Notes under the pieces: model-generated
Databases searched by the model: none
What the model saw: only the letters and a program-made list of their open reading frames with translations
Told to the model about the DNA's origin: nothing
NCBI GenBank assembly: GCA_041583775.1
Contig: JBFHFF010000006.1
Span: 461 to 64,460, forward strand
Source: Candidatus Moraniibacteriota bacterium
Lineage (GTDB): Bacteria; Patescibacteriota; Minisyncoccia; Moranbacterales; DUUL01
Length of the DNA: 64,000 nt
Direction: 5' to 3'
Part shown: one piece after another, positions 29,485-39,475 of the stretch
Layout: the number at the start of each line of letters is the position of its first letter
Position numbering within the stretch: the stretch's first letter is position 1
Translations under genes and position numbers: made by a program

Positions 29485-30576
29485 ATGGCAGAAAATTCGT
29501 TTAAAAAATATTTTTCTTACTTTTCAAAACCACAAACATTCGCTGTGGATGTTAATAATAGTGATTTGAAAGTTTTTCAAATTGAAAAAAGGCGCAACAA
29601 GGACATTATTTGTGGGTGGAGTAAAAAATTTTTACCACAAGGAATTGTTGTGGATTTTGAGGTGCAGAAAACGGAAGAGTTTGTCAGTATTCTAAAAGAC
29701 GCTCTAAACGAGGCTGCTGGTAAAAGAATAAAAGGTAAGTCAGTTATTGTTTCTGTCCCTGAGGACAAAATTTTCTTGCGTTTAATAAAGCTTCCATTAA
29801 TGAAGAAGGATGAGGTGAAAGAGGCGATACAGTGGGAACTAGAGTCAAACATTCCAATTTCAGTTGAAGAGGTTTATTTTGACTGGCAGATTGTGAAAAA
29901 GGAAACTAAAACTATGGATGTTTTGGTTGCAGCTACTCCCAAAAGAGTTGTTGATAGTATCATTAAATCTTTTGAAATGGCTGGTTTATCAGTTAGCGTT
30001 ATTGAAGCTGACTCTGTTGCAACAGAGAGAAGTGTTTTGGGTGCGGATGAGAAGGGCGCTGTTCTGGTTGTAGACATTGGAATTGATGGAACTGCATATT
30101 TTGTTTATAGAGAGGGTTATCCGGTTTTTTCCTCAAGTAGTTCTATTTCTGGAAAAATGTTTACTGATATAGTTTCCAAAGAATTTGGTATTGAGAAAAA
30201 TAAAGCTGAGAATTATAAAACGAAAATTGGTTTGGGTGCAAATAAGCAGGAGAGGGAGAGATCTTTGAGGATTTTTAAGCCGATTCTTTCGAATTTGATT
30301 CAGGAATTGAATAGAACAATTGATTTTTATAACGAAAATCTATTAATCGATGATAAAAAGATTGAAAAAATTATATTAGTTGGTGGTGGCTCTAGCTTAA
30401 AGGGGCTTGTTTCTTATGTTGCATTACATCTAAAAAAAGATGTAATACAAGGAGATCCTTGGAAGAATGTACAATTTAAGAAACAGATACCACCAATTTC
30501 AAAAGAAAAAGCACAGAGTTATATAACTGCAATTGGTTTAGCATTAAGAGGTTGCGAAGATGAATATTACAATTAA
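29485..30576 (+). CDS. pilM: Type IV pilus assembly protein PilM
   Basis: Actin-like fold, IP...EEVYFDW, VVDIG, LVGGGS, AIGLALR. Confidence 0.88.
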   Translation: MAENSFKKYFSYFSKPQTFAVDVNNSDLKVFQIEKRRNKDIICGWSKKFLPQGIVVDFEVQKTEEFVSILKDALNEAAGKRIKGKSVIVSVPEDKIFLRLIKLPLMKKDEVKEAIQWELESNIPISVEEVYFDWQIVKKETKTMDVLVAATPKRVVDSIIKSFEMAGLSVSVIEADSVATERSVLGADEKGAVLVVDIGIDGTAYFVYREGYPVFSSSSSISGKMFTDIVSKEFGIEKNKAENYKTKIGLGANKQERERSLRIFKPILSNLIQELNRTIDFYNENLLIDDKKIEKIILVGGGSSLKGLVSYVALHLKKDVIQGDPWKNVQFKKQIPPISKEKAQSYITAIGLALRGCEDEYYN

Positions 30577-31093
30577 TCTTCTTCCACAAGAAAAAAAGGA
30601 AGAACTTGGAAACTTAAAACACATAGGAGTTGTTATGCGAGTTGGTATAATGGCTATTTTAGCTTTATGTCTCCTGGTTGTTTTTTTGGAGGCTATAATG
30701 TATACAATAAAAATTGAAAAAGATTTTGTTGAGAGTGAAATTCTTGGTTTTCAGAAAAGCGATGAATATCTTGAAACTAGAATAGCACAAGACTCTCTTC
30801 GTGAATATAGTCAGAAAGCTAAAGCAATTAGAGTTGGATTACAAAATAAAAAGGATTATACAAATCTAGTTTTGGAAATTAACGAGATGATTCCAAATGG
30901 AATTATACTGAAGAATCTTTCAATAGAATCTAAGGAGGTGATTCTGAGTGGTACAGCGCTCAAGAGAGAAAGCCTTCTTCTTTTAGAGCAGGAACTGAAA
31001 AGCTACGAAAGGTTTAAGAAGATTGATTCGCCAATTTCCAATCTTGTATCTGATACAAATGCCCCATTTACCTTTAGCATTGAATTGGAATAA
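30560..31093 (+). CDS. pilN: PilN-like protein
   Basis: INLLP N-terminal motif, TM, I.LSG.A; follows pilM. Confidence 0.8.
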   Translation: MNITINLLPQEKKEELGNLKHIGVVMRVGIMAILALCLLVVFLEAIMYTIKIEKDFVESEILGFQKSDEYLETRIAQDSLREYSQKAKAIRVGLQNKKDYTNLVLEINEMIPNGIILKNLSIESKEVILSGTALKRESLLLLEQELKSYERFKKIDSPISNLVSDTNAPFTFSIELE

Positions 31094-31111
31094 ATTTTAT
31101 TGAATTAATAG

Positions 31112-31768
31112 ATGAATAATAATAGTGTAAAAAAAAGTAAGCAAGTTCTGGTAATAGCTATTTTTGCTATTTTGGTGATGGTTGTTTCTTTAGTATTCTT
31201 CGTGATAACACCAATTATTAAAAGTGTTTATCAAACAAAAGATGCTTTCGAGGAAGATAAGATAAAATTTGAAACAATAAAAAAAGATGCAATTCAGTCA
31301 CAAGTTTTTGTGGAATTGGTTGATAATTTAGGTAAGGATCAGAAGCTTGTTGAAAATGCATTAATTAAAAAAGATTCGATCGTTGTCTTTATTCAGGATG
31401 TGGAAGAAATTTCAAAAGAGGTCGGGAATAATGTCAGTATCTCACAAATTTCTAGTATTAAAGCTCAAAAAGTTGCTAGCACTGAGACAGAGGAAGCTGC
31501 ACAGGAGAGAATGGCACAACTACAAAAAGAAAAGAATAAAGTTCGCTTGTCTTTGGAAATTGGGGGAAGCTATAAACAATTTCTTGAATTTTTGTACAAA
31601 TTAGAGAGTATGACATATATTTTTGAAATTGAATCAATTAGCGTTGGAAATTCTTCAAGTAAATACAATTTTGAAATGAAATCAACGGAAGAAGTCCCAG
31701 TCGATTTCACAGTTGGAAATATTATACTCTCATTTACGCCTAAGGAAGAAAATAATGAAAAACAATAA
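31112..31768 (+). CDS. pilO: PilO-like protein
   Basis: TM, GSY.QF..FL..LE motif; position in operon. Confidence 0.75.
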   Translation: MNNNSVKKSKQVLVIAIFAILVMVVSLVFFVITPIIKSVYQTKDAFEEDKIKFETIKKDAIQSQVFVELVDNLGKDQKLVENALIKKDSIVVFIQDVEEISKEVGNNVSISQISSIKAQKVASTETEEAAQERMAQLQKEKNKVRLSLEIGGSYKQFLEFLYKLESMTYIFEIESISVGNSSSKYNFEMKSTEEVPVDFTVGNIILSFTPKEENNEKQ

Positions 31769-32268
31769 TGTTGAAAAATAGCAATAGAAAAAATATTGGA
31801 GATTTAGTGAAAAATAATTTTGTTTTATTTTTCAGGTTTCTGGGAAAGAATACCTGGGTTTTTACTATTTTTTTCTTTGGGGCGGTCTTTGTGGCGGCTG
31901 TTTGGATTTGGTGGCAATGCTCTTATCGTCCTAGTCCATCTAGTGCTGTGACTATAAAAATTGAAGCGGAAAAGGAAGATTTTGATGGCATGAGACAAGA
32001 AACGATGGAGACAATAACTCTTTTGCAAGGGTATAGAGAAAACTATAATAATTCGGATAAATTTGGAGATCAAAGAGAGTTGTTTGTGGATATTTTGGAT
32101 GACAAAGTTGTTGAGAAAATGAACAGGGAAGAGATTGATAAAATTGAAGAATATACTAGCGAAGACTTAGGGGAAAAGGAAATTATAGAAACTCAAATAA
32201 CAGAAAATAGATTGGATGACAAGGTTGATTTTTCCAAAGAAGTTAAAGATGATAATCCTGTTGACTAA
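31768..32268 (+). CDS. Hypothetical membrane protein at the end of the pil cluster
   Basis: TAATG stop/start overlap; single TM. Confidence 0.65.
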   Translation: MLKNSNRKNIGDLVKNNFVLFFRFLGKNTWVFTIFFFGAVFVAAVWIWWQCSYRPSPSSAVTIKIEAEKEDFDGMRQETMETITLLQGYRENYNNSDKFGDQRELFVDILDDKVVEKMNREEIDKIEEYTSEDLGEKEIIETQITENRLDDKVDFSKEVKDDNPVD

Positions 32269-32338
32269 TAGATTTTTTTCTGTTATCTTTACCAAAGGTT
32301 TTTAGAACTGAATTTTTTGATGTTTTGAAAATTATTTT

Positions 32339-32412
32339 GTCCTGGTAGCTCAGTTGGATAGAGCAATAGACTTCTAATCTGTAGGTCGGGGGTTCGAATC
32401 CCTCCCAGGACA
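32339..32412 (+). tRNA. tRNA-Arg(TCT)
   Basis: GTCCTGG/CCAGGAC acceptor, anticodon loop CT-TCT-AA, GGTTCGAATCC T-arm; CCA not encoded. Confidence 0.97.
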
Positions 32413-32610
32413 CACATAAAAAACGCCTAAAAATTAATTTTCAGGCGTTTTTGTTTTGTAATTACTTGATATTTTCTAATAAATTTAAATGTATTTAATT
32501 GGAATATGATTTAATTTGACAATCTCGCTTATCTTTTATATGTTTAGTTTGTGATTTTTGATCCAGTTCTTTTTTTGTTTTCTTTTTCTTTTTTATAGGG
32601 GAATGAACGA

Positions 32611-32982
32611 ATGAATGATAAAAAGGGTGAAGCAATAACAGGCTTAACTTATCTTCTTTCTTTGTATGATGGTTGTGGGTCTCTGGAGGCAGTAGCAAAA
32701 ATATGTGATTGTCAAGCTTTTTTATCTAAAAAGTTTTTTTTTGTGGTTATTGTTATAACTCAGGCAGCTGGAGCAGGTAGTGGTAAAAATATCGATATTT
32801 ATGGTTTTGGTCTGGATATTTACAAAGACGACCTAGAAATATTTTTGGATAAATCACTAAAGACCATAAGAGGACGGGAGTTAACAATTCTTAGTCTTCA
32901 AGGTCAAGATCAGGATAATAGATTTTTAGAGAAATTCGTCAATGATGTTATTTTGATCCTAGAAACGCTAGAAACGGGGTAA
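32611..32982 (+). CDS. Hypothetical protein
   Basis: 123-aa ORF with purine-rich leader, ends in a terminator. Confidence 0.5.
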   Translation: MNDKKGEAITGLTYLLSLYDGCGSLEAVAKICDCQAFLSKKFFFVVIVITQAAGAGSGKNIDIYGFGLDIYKDDLEIFLDKSLKTIRGRELTILSLQGQDQDNRFLEKFVNDVILILETLETG

Positions 32983-33016
32983 TGCTAAAGGGTAGCATTA
33001 CCCCTCCCTTTTTTTT
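32976..33016. terminator. Terminator between convergent genes
   Basis: ggggtaatgcta-aaggg-tagcattacccc perfect 12-bp stem. Confidence 0.75.
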
Positions 33017-34076
33017 AAATCAAAAATTCGATCACATCTCCATCTTTTACGATATATTCTTTTCCCTCTGTGCGCAAAAGTCCCATTTCCTTTGCCTTTG
33101 CTTTTGAACCAGCTTTCATTAAGTCTTCGAAAGAAACTATTTCAGCGCGAATGAATTTTTGTTCGAAATCGCCATGAATTGCTCGACCAGCTCTTGGAGC
33201 AGTTGAGTTTTTTGGGATTGTCCAGGCTCTAGTTTCCATTTCTCCTGTTGTCAGATAGGTCATAAGTCCCAACATATCATAACTTTTTGTGATAAGCTCA
33301 GATAGCTCTGATTTGAGCTCTAATTCTTTTTTATCTTCATCCGTTAGATCTAACAGCTCTTCTTCTGTTTTAATGTCTAATGCGACGAAATTTTTAATAT
33401 CCTCTAAACCGTATTTTTTAATTTCATCAGAAATATTAGCAGGGTTGCTGGTGTTGAATACATATAGAATTGGCTTGAAGGTTAGGAGATGTAAATCTGA
33501 GATTAACTCAAAATCTTCCCCTAAATTAGAAATAAATAACTGAACTTTTTCTAAATCATTTTCATCTAAAATGTCTTTTAATTTAGAAACTATCTCTTTT
33601 TGTTTGATTGCATTTTTATCATTGCTCTTTGCTTGTCTTTCCAGAGAATAAAGTCTTTTTTGTGTGGTTTCAAGGTCGGCCAGAATAAGCTCTGTATTGA
33701 TTACAGCAATATCTCTTTTCGGGTCGATTCCTCCATGAACATGGGTGATATTTCCATTTTCAAAAATCCTTACAACCTCAACAATTGCATCAACTTCACG
33801 AATGTTGTGAAGAAATTTATTTCCAAGACCTTGACCTTCAGAGGCACCCTTTACAAGCCCTGCAATATCAACAAATTCAATAGTAGCGTAGAGTAACTTT
33901 TTTGAGCCTGAAAGTTTGGAAAGTTTTTCAAGTCTCTCATCGGGAACTTCAACAACCCCAATATTTGGTTCAATTGTGCAAAAAGGATAATTGTTGATAT
34001 CTACTTGAATATTTGTAAGTGCTTTGAAAAGTGTTGATTTTCCAATATTAGGAAGGCCTACAATTCCGATTTTCAT
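33015..34076 (-). CDS. ychF: Redox-regulated ATPase YchF
   Basis: GIVGLPNIGKST, YPFCTIEPN, DIAGLVKGAS.G.GLGNKFL, C-terminal EGKEY.VKDGD. Confidence 0.97.
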   Translation of the reverse strand: MKIGIVGLPNIGKSTLFKALTNIQVDINNYPFCTIEPNIGVVEVPDERLEKLSKLSGSKKLLYATIEFVDIAGLVKGASEGQGLGNKFLHNIREVDAIVEVVRIFENGNITHVHGGIDPKRDIAVINTELILADLETTQKRLYSLERQAKSNDKNAIKQKEIVSKLKDILDENDLEKVQLFISNLGEDFELISDLHLLTFKPILYVFNTSNPANISDEIKKYGLEDIKNFVALDIKTEEELLDLTDEDKKELELKSELSELITKSYDMLGLMTYLTTGEMETRAWTIPKNSTAPRAGRAIHGDFEQKFIRAEIVSFEDLMKAGSKAKAKEMGLLRTEGKEYIVKDGDVIEFLI

Positions 34077-34297
34077 AAAAATAAAATAAAGTTGTTAAGA
34101 TAATTAGCTATTTAATATAATTGCTTTTATTGGGAGAATTGTCAATCGAAAATTCTTTGTGTGAAAAATGTTTTTATTGATAAAATTTTATTTTAATGTT
34201 ATTGTCTTTGAAGTTATTTATAATTGGCAGAGCTTGGTTTGTGAATAAAATGATTTTTGGGAAAACACCCACTTTAAATTATTGGAGGTTTTGAAAA

Positions 34298-34783
34298 ATG
34301 GATTTATTTAATCAACAATTAGGCGATTGCTTTGATTTGAATGATATTCAAAGAATCTTGCCACATAGAGGCCCTGCCTTGAAGATGGATATGGCTATTT
34401 ATTATAAGCCAGAAAAAGAGGGGGAAAAACATAAACTTTCAAGTTTTAGAATTATTAAAGTTGACGATCCTGATCTAAATGGGCATTTTGGTATTTATCC
34501 TGGGCATTGTCAATTGGAATGTGCTTCTGTCGCATCAGCGCTTTTGGCTGGAATTGTTATTGATGTTTCGGAAGTGAAAGAAATCCTTTTTGCGGGAGTT
34601 GATAAAATCAAATATAAGAAAATTGTTTTGCCAGGAAGTGTGCTTAGGATTGACATTGAGTTGATTAAGAATCGTGGAGGAAAATTTTTTATTTTTGATT
34701 CTAAAATATTTGACTTCTCAACAAATAAACTGGTCGTTGAGATTAAAGGACTTTCTGGCGTGCTTGCTATTGGTTCAAAATAG
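34298..34783 (+). CDS. FabZ/FabA-like hot-dog-fold dehydratase
   Basis: IQRILPHR, GHF..YPG..QLE, V.PG..L motifs; GGAGG SD. Confidence 0.75.
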   Translation: MDLFNQQLGDCFDLNDIQRILPHRGPALKMDMAIYYKPEKEGEKHKLSSFRIIKVDDPDLNGHFGIYPGHCQLECASVASALLAGIVIDVSEVKEILFAGVDKIKYKKIVLPGSVLRIDIELIKNRGGKFFIFDSKIFDFSTNKLVVEIKGLSGVLAIGSK

Positions 34784-34980
34784 CAATTGACAGATTATTC
34801 TCTTCCCAGATGCGCAATGCGTGTCTGGGATTTTTGAAACACATTTTGCTAATATTTGTATTTAAAAAATAAATAATAAGATATTTTGAATTAAGTAAAA
34901 AAGTAATTTACTCTTGAGTTATCTCTGTAAAAATGCTAGGATTCTTTGGTTGGGGTTGTGTAAAGATTAATTTGGAAAAA

Positions 34981-36219
34981 ATGAGTTTTAGAAAGCCTGA
35001 AGTTTTGGCACCGGCAGGAAATTTGGAAAAAATGAAAACAGCGTTTACTTTTGGAGCAGATGCGGTATATTTTGGGATTCCTAATTTTTCTTTACGAGCT
35101 AGGATTAATCAATTTGATCAGGAGGGAATTATAAAGGCATCGGAATATTGCAAAAAAGAAGGAAAGAAATTCTATGTAACTTTAAATATCTATGCTCACA
35201 ATCAGCATATTAAGGAGTTGCCAGCACATTTAAATTTCATTAGAAAAATAGCTCCCAATGCACTCATTATTTCTGATCCAGGAATTTTAAGAATTGTTAA
35301 AAAAGAGGTGCCAGAAATTCCAATTCATATTTCAACGCAGGCTAATGTTACAAACGCTTCTGCTGTGAGATTTTGGCAAGAACAAGGAGTGGAGAGGGTT
35401 ATATTAGCAAGAGAAGTGACACTGGAAGAAATTCGTGAAATTAAAAAAGAAGTGCCAGAGATGGAATTAGAATGTTTTGTGCATGGAGCTATGTGTATGT
35501 CATATAGCGGTCGTTGTATTCTTTCAAAATGGATGACAAATCGTAGTGCTAATTTAGGTGATTGTAGTCAACCATGTCGTTGGAAATACAAAGCGACAGT
35601 AAATGAAATGGAGGTTGAGGATGACAAGAATAGATTCAAGATAAAATTAGAAGAAGATAAACATGGAACATATTTTTTCAATAGCTATGATATGTGCCTA
35701 ATTGAGTATATAGGCGAATTGATTGAGGCCGGAATTGATTCGTTGAAAATAGAAGGGAGAGCCAAGAGTGTTTTTTATGTAGGTGTTGTGTCTCGTGCGT
35801 ACAGGAAGGTGGTTGACGCTTATTATCAAGGAAAGATAGAGTATCAAAACACTCTTAGGGAGCAAAAAAATGAACTTTTAAAATTAGCCAACAGAGGCTA
35901 TAGCAAGGGTTTTTTGTTGGGGGAGGAGCCTGCTCATTTGTTCGACACTCCAGCCATTGCTGTTCCCTGGGAGTTTGTGGGCAACTGCAAAGATTCAGTT
36001 GATGATGAAAAAAGAGAAGTTTTTGTGCATAATAAATTGAGCAAGGAAGGTGAAATCGAAATAGTCACTCCAAAAAAAATTGTTTTGGCAAAAATTCTAA
36101 AAATCAAAAATAAAAAAGGTGAGGAAATTAATTCAGCTCATGGAGGTCAAAATGAATTTTTCGAGGTTGAATTTAATAAAAAAATTAAGGGACCTTTTCT
36201 GCTTAGGGCAAAAATCTAA
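34981..36219 (+). CDS. U32 family protein (TrhP/YegQ-like tRNA hydroxylation)
   Basis: PEVLAPAG, GADAVY, FVHGAMC.SYSGRC, C.QPCR, SLKIEGR. Confidence 0.9.
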   Translation: MSFRKPEVLAPAGNLEKMKTAFTFGADAVYFGIPNFSLRARINQFDQEGIIKASEYCKKEGKKFYVTLNIYAHNQHIKELPAHLNFIRKIAPNALIISDPGILRIVKKEVPEIPIHISTQANVTNASAVRFWQEQGVERVILAREVTLEEIREIKKEVPEMELECFVHGAMCMSYSGRCILSKWMTNRSANLGDCSQPCRWKYKATVNEMEVEDDKNRFKIKLEEDKHGTYFFNSYDMCLIEYIGELIEAGIDSLKIEGRAKSVFYVGVVSRAYRKVVDAYYQGKIEYQNTLREQKNELLKLANRGYSKGFLLGEEPAHLFDTPAIAVPWEFVGNCKDSVDDEKREVFVHNKLSKEGEIEIVTPKKIVLAKILKIKNKKGEEINSAHGGQNEFFEVEFNKKIKGPFLLRAKI

Positions 36220-36334
36220 GGTGGCTTTTTTGTCTATATCTATTGACATTTTTTCGTTGACCCGAGGTTGAAATGTTGTTAAGATTATAAACTTACCAAT
36301 AATAGACAAGTTAAGATAAAATAAGAAAAAAGTT

Positions 36335-37081
36335 ATGCACTTTACGCATCTGCAGAAAGCTAGAATAGTCTTGGTTTTGAATTTTATAGTTTTGTTTTGT
36401 ATTATTATCTCAACACCATTTTTTATCAAGAATGGGACCTCTTTGTTTTCGGAAGAGTTGGTGGAGGGCATATTTTTAACAATTGAACTTTTTGCACTCA
36501 TTATTGTTTTCAGGCACTATGATGCTCAAATTAAGGAGAGTGAAAATGAAGCAGTTACACTAAACACAAAGCTTGAAAAAAAGGAAAAAGAGTTATTAAA
36601 TGCATTGGAATATCTAGGGAAAGTCAATGTTCAAATTTCTATGATAAAATCGATTTTTGAAAAAACAAAGGTTCCTTCTACAAAAAATCAATTAAACGAA
36701 GTGTATTCTGAGTTACTTAAAATTGTATGTGGTATTGTTGGTGAGCCATATGCTGTTTTGCGTGTTGTTAATTTACAAAATAGAAGGGTTATTAGTGAGC
36801 GTATTGAAAAGATGGGTAATTCTAAGGATTTTGAAATTAAAGTTTCGATTGGAAATAAGGAGTTAATTGAAAAGTTTAATAAGCGTGAAAAAAACAACAA
36901 TGGAGAGTTTGTGACCTTTTTTTCTAGTGTGGAGAATTTTTACATAAAAGCATTTATAATAGTCCCGAACTCTAAAGGGAAGAAATTCGGACAAGAAGAG
37001 CGTACTTTTCTGGAAGCAATTGCTAGTCAGTGTGAAATCGTTTTTCTGCTATTTAATTCAGAATATTATAAAAACAAATAA
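36335..37081 (+). CDS. Hypothetical membrane protein
   Basis: Two TM, coiled coil, GAF-like C-terminus. Confidence 0.65.
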   Translation: MHFTHLQKARIVLVLNFIVLFCIIISTPFFIKNGTSLFSEELVEGIFLTIELFALIIVFRHYDAQIKESENEAVTLNTKLEKKEKELLNALEYLGKVNVQISMIKSIFEKTKVPSTKNQLNEVYSELLKIVCGIVGEPYAVLRVVNLQNRRVISERIEKMGNSKDFEIKVSIGNKELIEKFNKREKNNNGEFVTFFSSVENFYIKAFIIVPNSKGKKFGQEERTFLEAIASQCEIVFLLFNSEYYKNK

Positions 37082-37162
37082 AAAGGGTTGATAAAAAAAT
37101 ATAAAAACATTAAAATTGAATTATGATTTATAGTCATTATATTTTTTAATTTTAAAAAACAA

Positions 37163-37960
37163 ATGAAAGGCATTATTCTCGCAGGTGGAACAGCAACAAG
37201 ATTGTTTCCGCTTACAGCCACAACAAGTAAACAACTTTTGCCAGTTTATGATAGGCAAATGATTTTTTATCCACTTAATACATTAATTAAGGCGGGCATA
37301 AGGGATATTCTGATTATTGTTGCACCAGAACATTCTGGACAGTTTTTGAATTTATTAGGAACAATTTTTGAGAAAAGAGGAGTTAGAATTGAATTCAGAG
37401 TGCAAAAAGTTCCTAGGGGATTGGCAGATGCTTTTATTATTGCGGAGGACTTTATGGATGATGAGAGCGTTGCGATGATCTTAGGTGATAATATTTTTGA
37501 AGATGATTTCTCAGAAGCGATTAAGAGTTTTGAATCAGGAGGACATATTTTTGCCGTAAAAGTGCCAGACCCAGAAAGATATGGAGTTGTGAAATTTGAT
37601 GACAATGGTAGCGTTCTTCAGATTGAAGAAAAGCCAAAAGAATGGATTAGCGATTATGCGATACCTGGTTTGTATTTATATGATAATCGTTGTTGTCAGG
37701 CAGCAAAACAAGCAATTCCATCAGAAAGAGGTGAGGTTGAAATAACAGTGTTGCACAATTTTTATCTTAGAAAAAAAGAATTAAAAGTGAGTACTTTTGA
37801 AGGTGCTTGGTTGGATGCGGGAACTTTTGATTCACTATTAGAAGCTGGCAATATAGTTAAAGAAAGAGGAATAAGCAAAAAATTTGATCCAATTATAAAC
37901 GAATCAATTGAGGAATTTAATGAGGAAATAAAAGCTATTGCGAAAAGAAGGTTGATATAA
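37163..37960 (+). CDS. rfbA: Glucose-1-phosphate thymidylyltransferase (RmlA/RfbA-like)
   Basis: GIILAGG..TRL.PLT...SKQLLPVYD, LGDNIF, WLDAGT. Confidence 0.88.
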   Translation: MKGIILAGGTATRLFPLTATTSKQLLPVYDRQMIFYPLNTLIKAGIRDILIIVAPEHSGQFLNLLGTIFEKRGVRIEFRVQKVPRGLADAFIIAEDFMDDESVAMILGDNIFEDDFSEAIKSFESGGHIFAVKVPDPERYGVVKFDDNGSVLQIEEKPKEWISDYAIPGLYLYDNRCCQAAKQAIPSERGEVEITVLHNFYLRKKELKVSTFEGAWLDAGTFDSLLEAGNIVKERGISKKFDPIINESIEEFNEEIKAIAKRRLI

Positions 37961-38006
37961 TATTAGTTTAAAATAAAGTATATTTATAAGAAATAATTTT
38001 TTAAAA

Positions 38007-38879
38007 ATGAAAATAAAAAAAGCTGTTATCGCGGTTGCTGGAAGTGGAACTAGATTATTGCCAGCTACAAAGGCTATGCCGAAAGAGATGTTGCCAATTG
38101 TGGATAAACCAATAATTCAGCTTGTGGTTGAGGAGTTAGTAGAGGCGGGCATAACTGATATAATTATGGTTACAAAGTGGGACAAGAAACCACTTGAAGA
38201 TCATTTTGATCATAGTTGGGCTTTGGAAAGTGATCTTGAGAAATCAGGAAAAGAAGCTTATCTAAAAGAAGTCAAGCGAATCGCTGGAATGGCAAATTAT
38301 ATATATATCCGTCAATCGCCACAATACGGCAACGGTGTCCCCGTTCTATCTGCTGCAAGTCTTGTGGATAATGAACCTTTTGTTTTTGTTTGGGGGGATG
38401 ATTTGGTGAAATCTGATGTTTCTTTTACAAAACAAATGATTGAGGATTATGAAGAAAATGGAAATTTAATGATTGGTGTTCAGGAGGTTCCCGCTGATCA
38501 GGTGAATCGTTATGGTATTGTGAAGTTAAAAGAGGGAACAATGCAAATGGTTGATGTTGTGGAGAAACCTGAAATTGGCAAAGCACCCTCAAGATATGCT
38601 CAATTTGGAAGAATGATTTTAAATCAAGACATTATCGATGTTTTAAGAAGAACCCCACCTGGAAAAGGGAACGAAATTTGGATTACAGACGCAATTCAAA
38701 CCTATATTAAAGAAGGTGGCAAATTCTTTGCTAAAAAAGTTGAAAATGGTGAGTGGTTGACTACTGGTGACCCGTTGAATTATATGAAAGCTTCTTTAAA
38801 ATATGCAGTCGAGAGGGAGGACATAGGACAGGATATAAAAGATTTTTTTCAGAACGAACTTTTGAAAGTAAAAAAATAA
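38007..38879 (+). CDS. galU: UTP-glucose-1-phosphate uridylyltransferase
   Basis: KAVI.VAG.GTRLLPATKAMPKEMLPIVDKP. Confidence 0.92.
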   Translation: MKIKKAVIAVAGSGTRLLPATKAMPKEMLPIVDKPIIQLVVEELVEAGITDIIMVTKWDKKPLEDHFDHSWALESDLEKSGKEAYLKEVKRIAGMANYIYIRQSPQYGNGVPVLSAASLVDNEPFVFVWGDDLVKSDVSFTKQMIEDYEENGNLMIGVQEVPADQVNRYGIVKLKEGTMQMVDVVEKPEIGKAPSRYAQFGRMILNQDIIDVLRRTPPGKGNEIWITDAIQTYIKEGGKFFAKKVENGEWLTTGDPLNYMKASLKYAVEREDIGQDIKDFFQNELLKVKK

Positions 38880-38960
38880 AGAAATATTTAAGTTAAAAAA
38901 CACCAGCATAAACCGGTGTTTTTTAATTGACAAAAGTTTGAATAAATGCTATTTTAAAGC

Positions 38961-39332
38961 TAGTTTCGCTAACAATGCAATCGCTTTGAAATTATTTTTA
39001 AAGAGGAAAGTCTGGACACTATCATTTTAATGATATGGATAATCGGTAACGCCGATCGATTTATCAGTGATGGTAAATAAGGGAAAGTGCCGCAGAGACA
39101 ATACTATCCGTTTCGGCGGAGAAAGGTGAAAAGTGCATTGATGTAATCATCTCGATGATTGCTACAAAGCTCGCTTGTTGGTGACAGCAAGTTGTGGAAA
39201 ACCCTATTTGGTGCAAGGCCGTGTTCTAAGAAATTAGAAAGTGCCGCTAAAGTTGTTTGGAAACATTCAACTTAGATAAATGATTGCAACTCTTCGGAGT
39301 AACAGAATCCGGCTTATTTGTTTGTGAGACTA
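38961..39332 (+). ncRNA. rnpB: RNase P RNA
   Basis: GAGGAAAGTC, GAAAGTGCC.CAGA, AAACCC and ACAGAATCCGGCTTA conserved regions; P1 ends pair; TTGACA promoter upstream and terminator downstream. Confidence 0.95.
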
Positions 39333-39475
39333 AATCAAAAGCGGACCGTAAGGTCTGTTTTTTGTTGCAAGAGTAGTTTAGAAATGCTACAATTCTAACA
39401 TTAAATTTATGTCAAAGTATAATAACAATGAACTGTTTTGAAATTATAGGCAATGACAATTTTTAGAGATATTTT

